In this document: positions 1 to 9,785 of the stretch, one piece after another
How the letters are laid out: every line of letters begins with the position of its first letter
How positions within the stretch are numbered: the first letter of the stretch is position 1
NCBI RefSeq assembly: GCF_028368995.1
Contig: NZ_JAQNDL010000001.1
Coordinates: 608,001-672,000, forward strand
Source: Nannocystis bainbridge
Lineage (GTDB): Bacteria; Myxococcota_A; Polyangia; Nannocystales; Nannocystaceae
Length of the DNA stretch: 64,000 nucleotides
Direction: 5' to 3'
Translations under genes and position numbers: made by a program
The notes under the pieces: model-generated
Database searches by the model: none
Told to the model about the DNA's origin: nothing
What the model saw: only the letters and a program-made list of their open reading frames with translations

Positions 1-267
1 CCCGCCCCTGTAATTGGAACGAGGCGCCGGCAAATCAACACAGTCGCGCGCTGCAGCCGACGCGGCGCACGCCCACGCCCGATCGTGCGACGCAGCACGC
101 CCATGTGGCGCGCGGGCGTATTCGCGCAGTCAGCGCGCTCGGGCCCTGCGAGACGAAGGCGGTCGTGGGGCCACGAACGCCATTCATGCCGGTTGCGAAT
201 GGCATGAGGCCGGACGGCCCCTCCCGTCGATCGGCGGGCTCGCCCCGGTCCTCTCGCAGAGCCGCGC

Positions 268-1431
268 TTGACAGCCGCGCGGCGGGCTCGCTACCAGAGG
301 AGCATGCGTCCTGTCCGTCCCGCTCGCAGCCCTCGCCCCGGGAGCTCGCGCGAGCGAGCGACGCCCTGCCCCCGTCTCGTCGCGCTCTCGCTGGGCCTCG
401 TCGCCGCGCTGCCAGCCTGCTCGACCGCCCAGGACCGGAGCCCGGAGGCCCGGCCGGTGCCGGTCGCCGAGGCGCCGAAGCAGCCGGTCGCCGAGGCGCC
501 GAAGCAGCCGCCGATGGCAAGCTTCGCGCGCATGCTGCCCGGCTCTTGGCGCGTGACCAACCCGAACGGCACGAGTCAGACCGACACCTGGTACCCGGGC
601 CCCGGCGACCTCTCGCTGCGCGTCGAGACCGACGGCACCGACGGGTCCGGCTCTCCGTGGCGCGAGCTGGTGGTGCTGTTCTGGCACCCGGGACGCGCGC
701 AGGTCCGACTGCTGGGATTCAACCCCTACGCGCGCAGCGTGGCCGAGGGCCATATCACGTTCGCGGGCGACAGCGCGGAGGCCGAAATCGTCATGCATCA
801 GACCCCGGGTCGCCGCGATCTGGTCCAGCGCTGGAGCTTCGCCGGCCCCGACAATTACCGCGAGGCGCTGCTCGAGCGCAGAGGCGCGGGTGGGCTCGGC
901 CTGCTCGCCGAGTGGGACTACTTCCGCGTCCCCACACCCGCCGCGATCGTGCGCACCGATCCGCCGCCGACCGCGTCGGAGCGCCTGCAGGACCTTGTCG
1001 CCCTCGTGGGCCCGACCTGGCAGGCCAGGGGCGAATGGGCCGGCGGCGGGGCCTTCGACCTGCAGACGAGCTTCACGTGGATCCCCTACGCCGACGTGAT
1101 CCACGCCCGCACGACCGCAAGGACCGAAAGCGGTGAATCGAAGCACCTGCTCGACGCCTATCTCTATCATCACACCGGCGCCGATCAGCTGCGCTGCCTC
1201 GCGCTGTCGGACCGTGGCGGCGTGTACGAGGGCGACGTGACGGTGCACGCGGGCGGCGCCCTGCAGCTCGACCTGAAGGGCCACGAGGACGACCGCGCCA
1301 CCCTGCACGCCGTGCGCCTCGAGTTCGAGCCGGACGGGGCGCTGCGCCAGCGCGTGTGGTCGCTCGCCGGCGACGACCGCACGCTCGTGCTCGACGCGCG
1401 CCACGAGCGGCGCGAACGCCAAGCGGAATGA
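268..1431 (+). CDS. Hypothetical lipoprotein with two related beta-rich domains (start uncertain, may be downstream)
   Basis: Hydrophobic segment and lipobox LVAALPAC; PVAEAPKQ x2; G/C third-position codon bias. Confidence 0.75.
   Translation: MTAARRARYQRSMRPVRPARSPRPGSSRERATPCPRLVALSLGLVAALPACSTAQDRSPEARPVPVAEAPKQPVAEAPKQPPMASFARMLPGSWRVTNPNGTSQTDTWYPGPGDLSLRVETDGTDGSGSPWRELVVLFWHPGRAQVRLLGFNPYARSVAEGHITFAGDSAEAEIVMHQTPGRRDLVQRWSFAGPDNYREALLERRGAGGLGLLAEWDYFRVPTPAAIVRTDPPPTASERLQDLVALVGPTWQARGEWAGGGAFDLQTSFTWIPYADVIHARTTARTESGESKHLLDAYLYHHTGADQLRCLALSDRGGVYEGDVTVHAGGALQLDLKGHEDDRATLHAVRLEFEPDGALRQRVWSLAGDDRTLVLDARHERRERQAE
460..507 (+). repeat. 24-bp perfect tandem repeat x2 in linker
   Basis: CCGGTCGCCGAGGCGCCGAAGCAG twice, encoding PVAEAPKQ. 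Confidence 0.9.
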
Positions 1432-1600
1432 CGGTCACGCCCGGCTTCGCCCGTCGCGCGCATCACGAGCGCCCGGCGCACATTCACCGCTCGCCTCTTG
1501 TGCTCGACGCGCACCGCGAGCGGCGCGAACGCAAAGCAGAGTGACCTGCCCGCTCGGCGTCACCCGCCCGCGCGCATCACCGGCGATCGGCGCCGGCGCG
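1384..1600 (+). repeat. Degenerate 113-bp tandem duplication of the gene 3' end and downstream sequence
   Basis: 1384-1431 encodes LVLDARHERRERQAE*; 1497-1544 encodes LVLDAHRERRERKAE*; CGCGCGCATCAC also recurs at a 113-bp offset. Confidence 0.8.
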
Positions 1601-1605
1601 CGGCC

Positions 1606-3972
1606 TCAGAAGCGGCCCTCGAGCGACACCAGGAACCGGTTCTCGGGCGACGGGATGCGGGCGAGCGTGCTCGGGCGCTTGTCGAGCCAGAAGTACAGGT
1701 CGTAGCGGACCTGGACCATGAACCGCTTCTTGATCAGGTACGAGACGTCGACGTAGTTCCACAGCGACTGCTCGAGCAGCGTGTTGCTCGAGGTGTCCAT
1801 CGACAGCCAGCGGATGCGAGCGCGGATCCGCAGCGCATCGATCGGCCGGGTGTTGATCGTCAGCCACGCCTGCGAGTCGCGGCGGTACTTGGCGCGCTCG
1901 GCCGGCGCGACGTTCTCGTAGGTGTCGGGGATGAAGCCGGGGACGTCGGGGTCGACCTTGAGCGGGTCGCCGACGTAGCGCTGCTGAAAGCGGGGCACGA
2001 TCTTGACCCGCTTGTGCGGCATGAACGCCATCTGCAGGTTGAACTTGAGCTGCTCGCCGGCGCAACGGACCGGCTCGCCGTTGACGTTGGTGTAGACCAG
2101 CCCCTCGTCGCTGTAGACATCGCCGTCGAGGTCGTCGCCCGCGACCAGGTCGGACACCCCGACGTCGCCGCCGTAGCAGTATTGATGGCCGGTCTTGCGC
2201 ATGTCCTTGTCGCGGTACTCGACCCACACGGCCGGCAAGAACCACCGGGTGATCAGGTAGTCGCCGCGCAGGTAGGCGTGCATGCCCGGCGCCTTGGTCG
2301 AGGGCGACACCCACGCGTTGACGTAGGTGCGGATGTTCGAGGCCTTGTTCGGCCTGCCGGTGTAGCGGATGCGGGCGCCGGCCTCGTCGCGCGCGCGCTG
2401 GCCCTCGTACACGTCGGGCGACGCCAGCGGGCGCGCGTACGGGTTGGCGAAGTCCCGGTCGTAGTAGCGGACGATGGTCTCGATCTCGTGCCGGCCGAAG
2501 GTCGCGGTGTGGCGGAGGATCGCCGCCCAGCCGCCGCCGCCCTTGCTGTCGCCGACGCCGACCGCGTCGGCGCGCTTCATCGAGTCGAAGCTGCGGCTGA
2601 CCTCGATGCCGAGGTCGCTCCAGCGGTGGCCCCACGCGCCGTTGAGGCCGATGGCCCCGAACGGCCCGCCGAACGGGGTGCGGGCCCACTCCTGGAAGTC
2701 GTAGTCCTTGCCGCCGGTCAGCCACTTGATCGCGGTGCCGTAGCCGGTGGCGCCGACCCATGAGCGGCGGTTGAAGAAGTAGCTGACGTTGCCGCCGCTG
2801 GTGACCTCGCGGAACATCCGCGGCAAGGTCTGGTAGCCGAACTCCGAGGTCGGCGCGAACGGGTCGGGCTGGCGCTTGTAGAGCGCCGGGGCGTCGCAGC
2901 GCGGATCGTCGCTGCGCGGGTCGGAGCACTTGTCCGGGTCGTACAGCTTGTATTGATAGACGCTGCGCGCCTGCACCGAGGTCCACGCGTAGGCCTGCAT
3001 CCACCCGTTGCCGAGCTTGAGCTTCTTGATGCCGGCGGCGATGCCCTGCAGCGTCTCCTGCCAGCGGAAATCGGGGGTGACGTAGGTGCTGCCGAGGTCG
3101 CCGTCGCACGGCGAGTCGGGCAGCTCGCCGGCCGACTCCTTGCAAAGCCGGGTCAGGCGGACCGGCCGCGGGTAGATCGTGTTGTCGCGGTAGATGCCGT
3201 TCGGCGTGTAGTTGCGGGTGTTGTCGAAGGTCAGGCGCTGGCCGAAGCCGATGCGGTAGGTGCCGAGCAGGACGTTGTAATTGTCGTCCTCCCACTGCAC
3301 GTAGACCTTGGGCAGGTAGCCGCGCGGGCGCGGCTGCTCGGCCGACAGGGCGTCGCGGTTGGGGTCGTAGCGCACGTCGTCGACGCGGCTGCGGGTCAGC
3401 ACGCCGGCGACGCCGAGCCGCAGGTGGCGCAGGGTCTGGACCTGGCCGTCGAGCACCATCGCCGGCAGGCGGCGGTCGGGCGGCGACCAGGCGCTGCGCA
3501 GGCGGACCTTGCCCGAGGTCGCGGAGTAGCGGCGGTTGGGCTCGACGATGTAGATGAACGCGGCGATCGCCTCGAGCTGATCGCGGTCGAGCACGCCGGC
3601 CAGCACCAGCGCGGCCGGATCGTAGATGAAGCCGGCCTCGGTGCGGTAGCGGATGATGCCGTCGACCTGCTTGTAGGTCAGGTTCGGCAGCGTGAACAGC
3701 TCCTCGCGCGAGGCGGTGTTGAGGTTGACGCCGCGGCGCAGCAGCTCGATCAGGGTGTCGAAGGTCTCGCCGGAGATGTCGCCGGCGGTGTTGAGCTCGA
3801 GCAGGTCGTCCTCGTCGTCGACGTCGACGAAGGCCTCGTAGGGGGCCGCGGCGGCCCCGGCGGGCGCGAGCGCGGCGCACAGGCCGAGCGCGAGCGCGGG
3901 GGCGATCGCGGCGCACGGGCGGGGGCGCCGGGGTGCGCATGAAGCTGGCCGCAAGGACATGTGAGGAGTCAT
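1606..3972 (-). CDS. Helix-hairpin-helix (ComEA-like) domain outer-membrane beta-barrel protein
   Basis: Signal peptide; VNLNTASREELFTLPNLTYKQVDGIIRYR matches the ComEA HhH module; aromatic alternating strands; C-terminal beta-signal FLVSLEGRF. Confidence 0.8.
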   Translation of the reverse strand: MTPHMSLRPASCAPRRPRPCAAIAPALALGLCAALAPAGAAAAPYEAFVDVDDEDDLLELNTAGDISGETFDTLIELLRRGVNLNTASREELFTLPNLTYKQVDGIIRYRTEAGFIYDPAALVLAGVLDRDQLEAIAAFIYIVEPNRRYSATSGKVRLRSAWSPPDRRLPAMVLDGQVQTLRHLRLGVAGVLTRSRVDDVRYDPNRDALSAEQPRPRGYLPKVYVQWEDDNYNVLLGTYRIGFGQRLTFDNTRNYTPNGIYRDNTIYPRPVRLTRLCKESAGELPDSPCDGDLGSTYVTPDFRWQETLQGIAAGIKKLKLGNGWMQAYAWTSVQARSVYQYKLYDPDKCSDPRSDDPRCDAPALYKRQPDPFAPTSEFGYQTLPRMFREVTSGGNVSYFFNRRSWVGATGYGTAIKWLTGGKDYDFQEWARTPFGGPFGAIGLNGAWGHRWSDLGIEVSRSFDSMKRADAVGVGDSKGGGGWAAILRHTATFGRHEIETIVRYYDRDFANPYARPLASPDVYEGQRARDEAGARIRYTGRPNKASNIRTYVNAWVSPSTKAPGMHAYLRGDYLITRWFLPAVWVEYRDKDMRKTGHQYCYGGDVGVSDLVAGDDLDGDVYSDEGLVYTNVNGEPVRCAGEQLKFNLQMAFMPHKRVKIVPRFQQRYVGDPLKVDPDVPGFIPDTYENVAPAERAKYRRDSQAWLTINTRPIDALRIRARIRWLSMDTSSNTLLEQSLWNYVDVSYLIKKRFMVQVRYDLYFWLDKRPSTLARIPSPENRFLVSLEGRF

Positions 3973-4010
3973 CTACCGGAAGCTGGGAGTCTCGATCGCA
4001 GAAGCGCGGG

Positions 4011-4544
4011 TCACGGGCCGCAGACGTCGCTGCACATGCCCCACAGCCCGGCCTTTTGGTCCCTGGCCACGCGCTGCATGTCGCGGAATTCGCCGGCCCG
4101 GTCGGCGCCGTTGGGCGGGATGTCGAGCACGCAGCCGTAGCCGCGGGCGACCAGCAGGGCGTTGATCTCGCCGTCGGGGACCTCGACGTAGGCCAGCAGG
4201 CGGCCGTAGGCGTCGGTGCACTCGACGTCGTAGGTCAGCGCGACTTCCTGGCCGAGCACGTAGCCGGCGTTGAAGTCGCGGGCCTCGACGCCGAAGCACT
4301 CGCGCTTGCCGTTGGTGATCTCCGGGGTGTCGACCAGCAAGTAGCGGACCTTCTCGCCGCTCTCGAGCACGACGGTGTCGCCGTCGACGACCTTGGCGAC
4401 CCGGCCGACGGTCGGCCCGCACTTCGAGGTCTCGGGGTCGCCGTCGCTGGCGGTGGCCGCCGGCTCTTCGCCGTCGCAGCCACCTGTCCCGAAGGCCAGC
4501 AGCAGGACGGACGCGAGAAGGAATCCGAGCCGGATCAGGGACAT
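4011..4544 (-). CDS. Thermonuclease (SNase family) lipoprotein
   Basis: Signal ending FGTGGC; catalytic motifs VVDGDT, VRYLLVDTPE, DAYGRLLAYV, KAGLW; ATG at 4544. Confidence 0.92.
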   Translation of the reverse strand: MSLIRLGFLLASVLLLAFGTGGCDGEEPAATASDGDPETSKCGPTVGRVAKVVDGDTVVLESGEKVRYLLVDTPEITNGKRECFGVEARDFNAGYVLGQEVALTYDVECTDAYGRLLAYVEVPDGEINALLVARGYGCVLDIPPNGADRAGEFRDMQRVARDQKAGLWGMCSDVCGP

Positions 4545-7405
4545 GCCGGGTTCTCCTGCTTCGGGGTGCCGGGGCCGACGGCGTCGCACCACGGGTCGGC
4601 GTCGGTGTTGTCGTTGAGCGCGGGGTTGGAGACGCCGGGGTCGAGCTGGGTGGCGATGTCCTCGCCCTGGCTGGTGGCCCACTGCACGGCGTCGAGCACC
4701 AGCTCGCCGACCGCCAGCGAGATGGCGCCGGCCGAGTTGGCGAGCGAGAACCCGAACGCGGCGTCGACCGCCGGCAGGCCGCCGTTGATCGCGGGGTCGA
4801 GCTTGCGGGCCAGCAGCGCCCGGCTGCCGGCGGTGACGGCGATGCAGTTGGCGCCGCCGAGGGTCTTGGCGGCCGTCAGCTCGGCGGGCGTCGGCGCGAA
4901 CTTCGACAGCGCCTTGACGTTGTTGAGGTCGACGTCGGCGTTGGCCAGCACCTCGAACCACTCGCGGTCGGTCTCGGTGCCCGAGGGGTTGGCGAGGAAC
5001 TCGGTGATGACGAGGTCGCCGACGCCGGGCGAGTGCTTCTCGCGCATGGCGTTCAGCTCGGCGTCGAAGCAGGGGTCGACGAAGCCGCCGCCGCAGGCCG
5101 CGTTCATCGCGCCCGGGCTGCCCTTGTCGGTCGCGTTGTAGAGCGCCGCGGCGAAGCAGAGGTTGTCGGGGACGTCGTTGACGGCCACGTCGAGCGCGCC
5201 GGGGGTGATGAACTCGAGCGAGAGCTGGGTCGACGCGCCGTCGCTGGTGCTGGCGTAGGCGACGTGGTCGAGCTCGACCCCGCCGTGGCCGACGAACAGG
5301 CCGCCGTTCGAGTTGCCGAGGCTGATCTTGGTGACGAACCGCGGCGCCGGCAGGCCGCCGTTGACGGCGGGGTCGCCCGAGCGGGCGAGCAGGACCGATT
5401 CACCGGGCTTCACCTCGAGGCAGTCGCCGGCGACCGGCACGAAATCGCCGACGGTGTACGGGTCCCACACCTTGCCGATCTCGAGGCCGTTGAGGTCGAA
5501 CTCGCCGTCGGCGAACAGCTCGAACCACTCGCCCGCGGTGTCGCCGACGGACTTGGGGTTGGCCATCCACTCGCTGATCAGCAGCTCGCCGGCCTGCGGC
5601 GGGTCGATCGGGCGCGGCTGCTGGGTGTCGGGGTCGGTGCACTGGCCGGTCGGCGGCGGGCCGTTGCACACGCTGTTGTCGGCGCCGGGCGTGCCGAGGT
5701 CGGTGTTGAACGGGGCGTACGGGACGGCCGCGTCGCAGCGGGCCTCGGCCGGGTCGTTGAGCGCCGGGTCGAGCGACATCGTGAACGCGTCGATGACCGC
5801 GGGGTCGACCTGGCGGGCCACGCCGTCCTTGGGCGAGTCGTACGGCATGCTGTCGAGCTCGACCCCGCCGGCGCCGATCCACAGGTTGCCGCTGGTGTTG
5901 CTGAGCTGCAGGCTGGCGTAGCTGGCCGCCGGGGCCAGCATGTCGCCGGTGGCGCCGCTGCGGGCCAGCAGGACCAGGCCGGGGCCGACCGACTGGCACG
6001 CGCCGCCGGGGAAGGTGAAGCTGATCGACTCGGCCGACTTGCCGAGCTGGAGGCCGTTGAGGTCGAAGCTCACCGGGGTGAAGAACTCGATCCACTCGCC
6101 GGCCGGCTCGCCGATGGCGGCCGAGGTGTTGGCGTGGACCTCGGTGATGAAGATGTCCCCGGGGACAGGTGCGACCGCCTCGCGGACGGCGCCGCCGTCG
6201 TCGCACGGGTTCTTCAGGCAGATCGGGTTGGGCGCGCCGGGGGTGCCGAGGTCGCCCTCGGCGAACGACTCGTAGGCGAGGCAGAAGTTGGCCGGGTCGT
6301 CGTTGCCGGCGACGGTGGTGGCGCCGGGGTCGAGGCTCCAGGCGATGCCGTCTTTGGGGCTCGGGTAGTGGATCTCGTCGAGGATCTGGTCGCCGTAGGC
6401 GATGAACACCCCGGGGCTCGGGTTCGAGTCGCTGGCGCTGTCGTTGAGCGTCAGCTTCATGACCACGTCGGTCGCTTCCCACGCCTTTTGCGAGAACAGC
6501 ACGGTGTCGCCGGCGCCGACCTTGAAGCACTCGGGCTGCTGCAGCACCTGCGCGTTCTTCTTGTCGGCGGCGAACTTGGTGGTGTTGCTGCCGTACTGCA
6601 GGCAGTTGAGGTCGAACGCGCCGTCGGTGACCTGCAGCTCGAACCACTCGCCGACGGTCATGGTGGTGAGGCCGGCGTTGGCCATGACCTCGGTGATCAC
6701 CAGCTGGCCGGCCTGCGGGGCGATCGCGTCGCGCAGGGCGCCGCCGTCGTAGCACTGGCCGCACGACTCGGGGGCCGCCAGCGGGCAGGCGGCGTTGGGC
6801 TGGCGCGGCGAGCCGAACTCGCTGGTGAAGTAGGGCTCGCCGTCGGTCGGCGCGGTGCACCACTGCGCGAAGTCGTCGTTGGCGGTCGCGTCGGGCGTGA
6901 CCTGGCCGTCGAGGGTCGTGCTGACGCCGTCCTTGATGCGGGTCGCGTCGTAGATGACCTCGTCGACGACGACGTTGCCGCAGCGGACCGTCAGCATGCC
7001 CGAGGTGTTGGACATCGAGCCGAGGTCGGTGCCGTAGCCGTAGTCGATGTACTCGGGGCGGGTCTCGTCGGTGACGGCGCCGAAGGTCATGTAGGCGCCC
7101 GGCGGGACCTCGACGTTGCCCTGGATCAGGTGGCCCTTGGCGTCGGTGCCGTCGGCCCGGCTGTAGACCAGGCCGACGCCGCTCAGGCTGACCGCCGTGC
7201 TGCTCGGGTTGTGGACCTCGAGCCACTCGATGCCGTCGGCGTCGCTGCCCTTGGGGTCGGGCATGTACTCGGTGATCACCAGCTCGCCGCCGCGCAGGGC
7301 GGCCACGCAGCTGCCGGCGTCGGTGTCGCTGGTGGCGTTGCTGTCGCCGCAGCCGGGGGCGACGGAGACGACGAGGGCGAGGCGGGCGAGCGTGCGGCGG
7401 TTCAT
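4535..7405 (-). CDS. Lipoprotein with five lamin-tail-domain (LTD)-like repeats
   Basis: MNRRTLARLALVVSVAPGC; five units starting GELVITEYM/GQLVITEVM/GDIFITEVH/GELLISEWM/GDLVITEFL, each with EW(L/F/I)E and ending G(S/T)PxxxN. Confidence 0.88.
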   Translation of the reverse strand: MNRRTLARLALVVSVAPGCGDSNATSDTDAGSCVAALRGGELVITEYMPDPKGSDADGIEWLEVHNPSSTAVSLSGVGLVYSRADGTDAKGHLIQGNVEVPPGAYMTFGAVTDETRPEYIDYGYGTDLGSMSNTSGMLTVRCGNVVVDEVIYDATRIKDGVSTTLDGQVTPDATANDDFAQWCTAPTDGEPYFTSEFGSPRQPNAACPLAAPESCGQCYDGGALRDAIAPQAGQLVITEVMANAGLTTMTVGEWFELQVTDGAFDLNCLQYGSNTTKFAADKKNAQVLQQPECFKVGAGDTVLFSQKAWEATDVVMKLTLNDSASDSNPSPGVFIAYGDQILDEIHYPSPKDGIAWSLDPGATTVAGNDDPANFCLAYESFAEGDLGTPGAPNPICLKNPCDDGGAVREAVAPVPGDIFITEVHANTSAAIGEPAGEWIEFFTPVSFDLNGLQLGKSAESISFTFPGGACQSVGPGLVLLARSGATGDMLAPAASYASLQLSNTSGNLWIGAGGVELDSMPYDSPKDGVARQVDPAVIDAFTMSLDPALNDPAEARCDAAVPYAPFNTDLGTPGADNSVCNGPPPTGQCTDPDTQQPRPIDPPQAGELLISEWMANPKSVGDTAGEWFELFADGEFDLNGLEIGKVWDPYTVGDFVPVAGDCLEVKPGESVLLARSGDPAVNGGLPAPRFVTKISLGNSNGGLFVGHGGVELDHVAYASTSDGASTQLSLEFITPGALDVAVNDVPDNLCFAAALYNATDKGSPGAMNAACGGGFVDPCFDAELNAMREKHSPGVGDLVITEFLANPSGTETDREWFEVLANADVDLNNVKALSKFAPTPAELTAAKTLGGANCIAVTAGSRALLARKLDPAINGGLPAVDAAFGFSLANSAGAISLAVGELVLDAVQWATSQGEDIATQLDPGVSNPALNDNTDADPWCDAVGPGTPKQENPACP

Positions 7406-7437
7406 GGTCGGATCTCGGTCTCGCCCGGGCGGGCGGT

Positions 7438-8706
7438 TCAGCGGGGCGTCCTGCCCTCGCGGTCGGCGGAGCGCTCGATGATGGCGTCGGCGCGAGCGTC
7501 GGCCGCGTCCTGCTTGGCGGTGTTCGGGGAGTTCTCGGCCGGCGCTTCCGGCTCGGCCACGTCGGCGGCGCCCTCGGGCGCGGGCGAGTCTTGCGGCGCC
7601 GGCTCCGGCGCGGGCTCGGCGTCGGCCTTGGTCTCGGTCTCGTCGACCGGCGCCAGCACCTCGCGCTGGATCTGCCCCGGCATCGTCACCACGATCTGCA
7701 GCTCGTCCTGCTTCTTGTACTTGTTGAAGTACTTGGTGATGACGCCGCGGGCGACCACGAACTCGCCGCGGGCCTCGACCGCGCCGGAGCGGGCCAGGAC
7801 ATCCTTGTCGAAGAAGATCAGCGGCAGGCTGCCGGTGCGGCGGCGGCTGAGCAGGACCTTGGTCGGGCCGGCGGTCTCGCGGACGTCGCCGATGGCGCCG
7901 AGGATCACGACCTCGCGGCCGACCTTGCCCTGCAGGCGGTCGAGCGCGTCCCAGTGGGTCAGGACGATCCAGTTGGGGTGGTCGGCGGCTTGCAGCTCGA
8001 ACGCCTGGATGAAGTCGCCGCGGCGGTTCCACCACTCGAGGCGGCGGTCGTAGTCGGTGTAGTGCTGCTTGCTCGGGTCCCAGATGCCGCGCTTGGCCGC
8101 GCGGGCCTCCTCCTGGGCGGCCACGAACTCCTTGTGGAACCGGCGCGAATAGCCGTACTTGCTGAAGTACGGGCTCATGCCGGCGCGCACGCACTCGACG
8201 TTGTAGTTGTAGGTCTTGCCGTCCTTCTCGACGAACACGTACGCGAGGTAGCGGTTGTAGAAGTCGCGGATCTCCTTGGGGTGATCGCGCTCGAGCCGGA
8301 CGGTGCGCACGCCGTGGAAGAAGGCCTCGGCGTACTTCTTGGCCTCCTCGCCCATCGGCGTCGGGATCTTGACCGGGCTCTTCGTCTTGGCCTGGGCCTC
8401 GGCGAGGTAGCGCTCCCAGCCCTTGTCGAACTCCATGTACTCGGACTTGCGCTTGAAGGTCTCCTCGGTGTCGAGGCCCAGCAGGCGCATGCTGGCGTCG
8501 AGGCCGGCGACGCGGATGGTGTCGCCGTCGGTGACCTTCATCAGCGGGAACTCGCCGATCACCAGCGCGGCGTCGTTGCCCTTGGACAGGCTGGCGGCGA
8601 CGGTGGTGCGGTCGAACCGGTGGACCACCGGGTTGCAGGCCAGCGCCGCCGCGGCCGCGACGACGAGCAGCAACATATGTCCGAACGACCATGTCTTCAG
8701 GGACAT
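7438..8706 (-). CDS. Thermonuclease (SNase family) lipoprotein with probable C-terminal OB-fold and acidic tail
   Basis: Lipobox AALAC; VTDGDTI, MRLLGLDTEE, DFYNRYLAYV, AKRGIW; downstream VVILGAIGDV...VARGVITKY...ELQIVV resembles an OB-fold. Confidence 0.88.
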   Translation of the reverse strand: MSLKTWSFGHMLLLVVAAAAALACNPVVHRFDRTTVAASLSKGNDAALVIGEFPLMKVTDGDTIRVAGLDASMRLLGLDTEETFKRKSEYMEFDKGWERYLAEAQAKTKSPVKIPTPMGEEAKKYAEAFFHGVRTVRLERDHPKEIRDFYNRYLAYVFVEKDGKTYNYNVECVRAGMSPYFSKYGYSRRFHKEFVAAQEEARAAKRGIWDPSKQHYTDYDRRLEWWNRRGDFIQAFELQAADHPNWIVLTHWDALDRLQGKVGREVVILGAIGDVRETAGPTKVLLSRRRTGSLPLIFFDKDVLARSGAVEARGEFVVARGVITKYFNKYKKQDELQIVVTMPGQIQREVLAPVDETETKADAEPAPEPAPQDSPAPEGAADVAEPEAPAENSPNTAKQDAADARADAIIERSADREGRTPR

Positions 8707-8710
8707 GTGG
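8673..8710. repeat. 14-bp-phased GGACATGTCC-like array (3 units)
   Basis: ACATATGTCC 8673, GACCATGTCT 8687, GGACATGTGG 8701. Confidence 0.7.
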
Positions 8711-9341
8711 GATTGGCCTCCCCCGGGGTGCCGAAGAGGCCGATCCCGGACGACGTGGTGAAGTCGTCGACGCACCACTTGGCGCCCTCGTCGTTGTCGG
8801 CGGCGCTCGGGTCGCCGGGCCAGAAGGTGGTGCCCTGCGGCGGCTTCTTCGGGTCCTTCTGGGTCAGGTTGCGCAGGATGACGCGGTCGATCAGCTTGCC
8901 GCAGGCGTACACGTCGACGAGGCCGCCCTTCGGCAGGTCGCGCGGGTTCTCGGGGTTCGACGGGCTGTACCAGTCGACCAGGTAGCTGTAGTCGAGGTAG
9001 GCCGCGCGCTCGGGGTCGTCGCTGCCGAGCACCACGTAGGCCCCGGGCTCGACCACGAGGGCCTCGTCGCGGACCAGGAAGGCGCCGTGGGGCTTGCCGT
9101 CGTTGCGGGTGAACGCGACCCGCAGCCCGGCCAGGTCGATCGGCTCCTCGGAGGCGTTGTAGAGCTCGATCCACTGCCGGTACGAGCCCGGCTGGTTCTC
9201 GCGGAACTCGGTCAGGGCCAGGTCGCCAGCCTGTATCTTGGGACAGGTGGTCTCCAGCGGCGGTCGCACGCACGCCAGCGATGCTCCCAACATCGACGGC
9301 GCGGCGAGGCGCAACAGACGGTGCGTACGGCCCGAGAACAC
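8697..9341 (-). CDS. Single lamin-tail-domain lipoprotein
   Basis: Lipobox ASLAC; GDLALTEF...QWIELYNASEEPIDLAGL...GTPGEAN. Confidence 0.85.
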   Translation of the reverse strand: MFSGRTHRLLRLAAPSMLGASLACVRPPLETTCPKIQAGDLALTEFRENQPGSYRQWIELYNASEEPIDLAGLRVAFTRNDGKPHGAFLVRDEALVVEPGAYVVLGSDDPERAAYLDYSYLVDWYSPSNPENPRDLPKGGLVDVYACGKLIDRVILRNLTQKDPKKPPQGTTFWPGDPSAADNDEGAKWCVDDFTTSSGIGLFGTPGEANPTCP

Positions 9342-9785
9342 GGCTCTCGGGAAGTCATGCTACACGCGCCCCGCGGGCGCCGGGGCCGGTGCTCCAGGAG
9401 AAAATCGGCGACGTCACGGCGACATTCTCTCGCCACGCGGGTGACGCCGGCCTGATTTCACAGTCGCCACGAACTGGGGACTGCGTTGAAATTTCACATA
9501 CAAATTTGTGAGTGCAGGACCTGCGCGGGGCCGCTTTGAACGTTCGTTCAGTGCAGCCGCGAAGGCCGCAGGGGGGCGGAGATCGGCCCCGGAAGCCAAC
9601 TTACGCGATCCGCGGCGGTGTGCTGCGATTGTTGGGGGCTGTCCCGAGGACCAGGTGGTCCCCGAACGACGTCACGCGCAGTGCAATGCGTGTGATCGCC
9701 GTTACGCACGCCCTCACGCGCGCGACGAGGTCCGGGGGCCGCGCCGTGCGGGCCACCGTCACCACGCCGGGGAGCTCCGCTGGCG

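Noticed and set aside
7406-8692. N-terminal 429 aa of the 1385-aa ORF in the track
   Set aside because: Arg-rich off-frame read-through overlapping the thermonuclease gene; the real start is the signal peptide at 7405
1606-9341. Classical natural-competence operon
   Set aside because: No comEC, comF, dprA or pilus genes in the window; two nucleases plus salvage genes point to catabolism, though a role in uptake is not excluded
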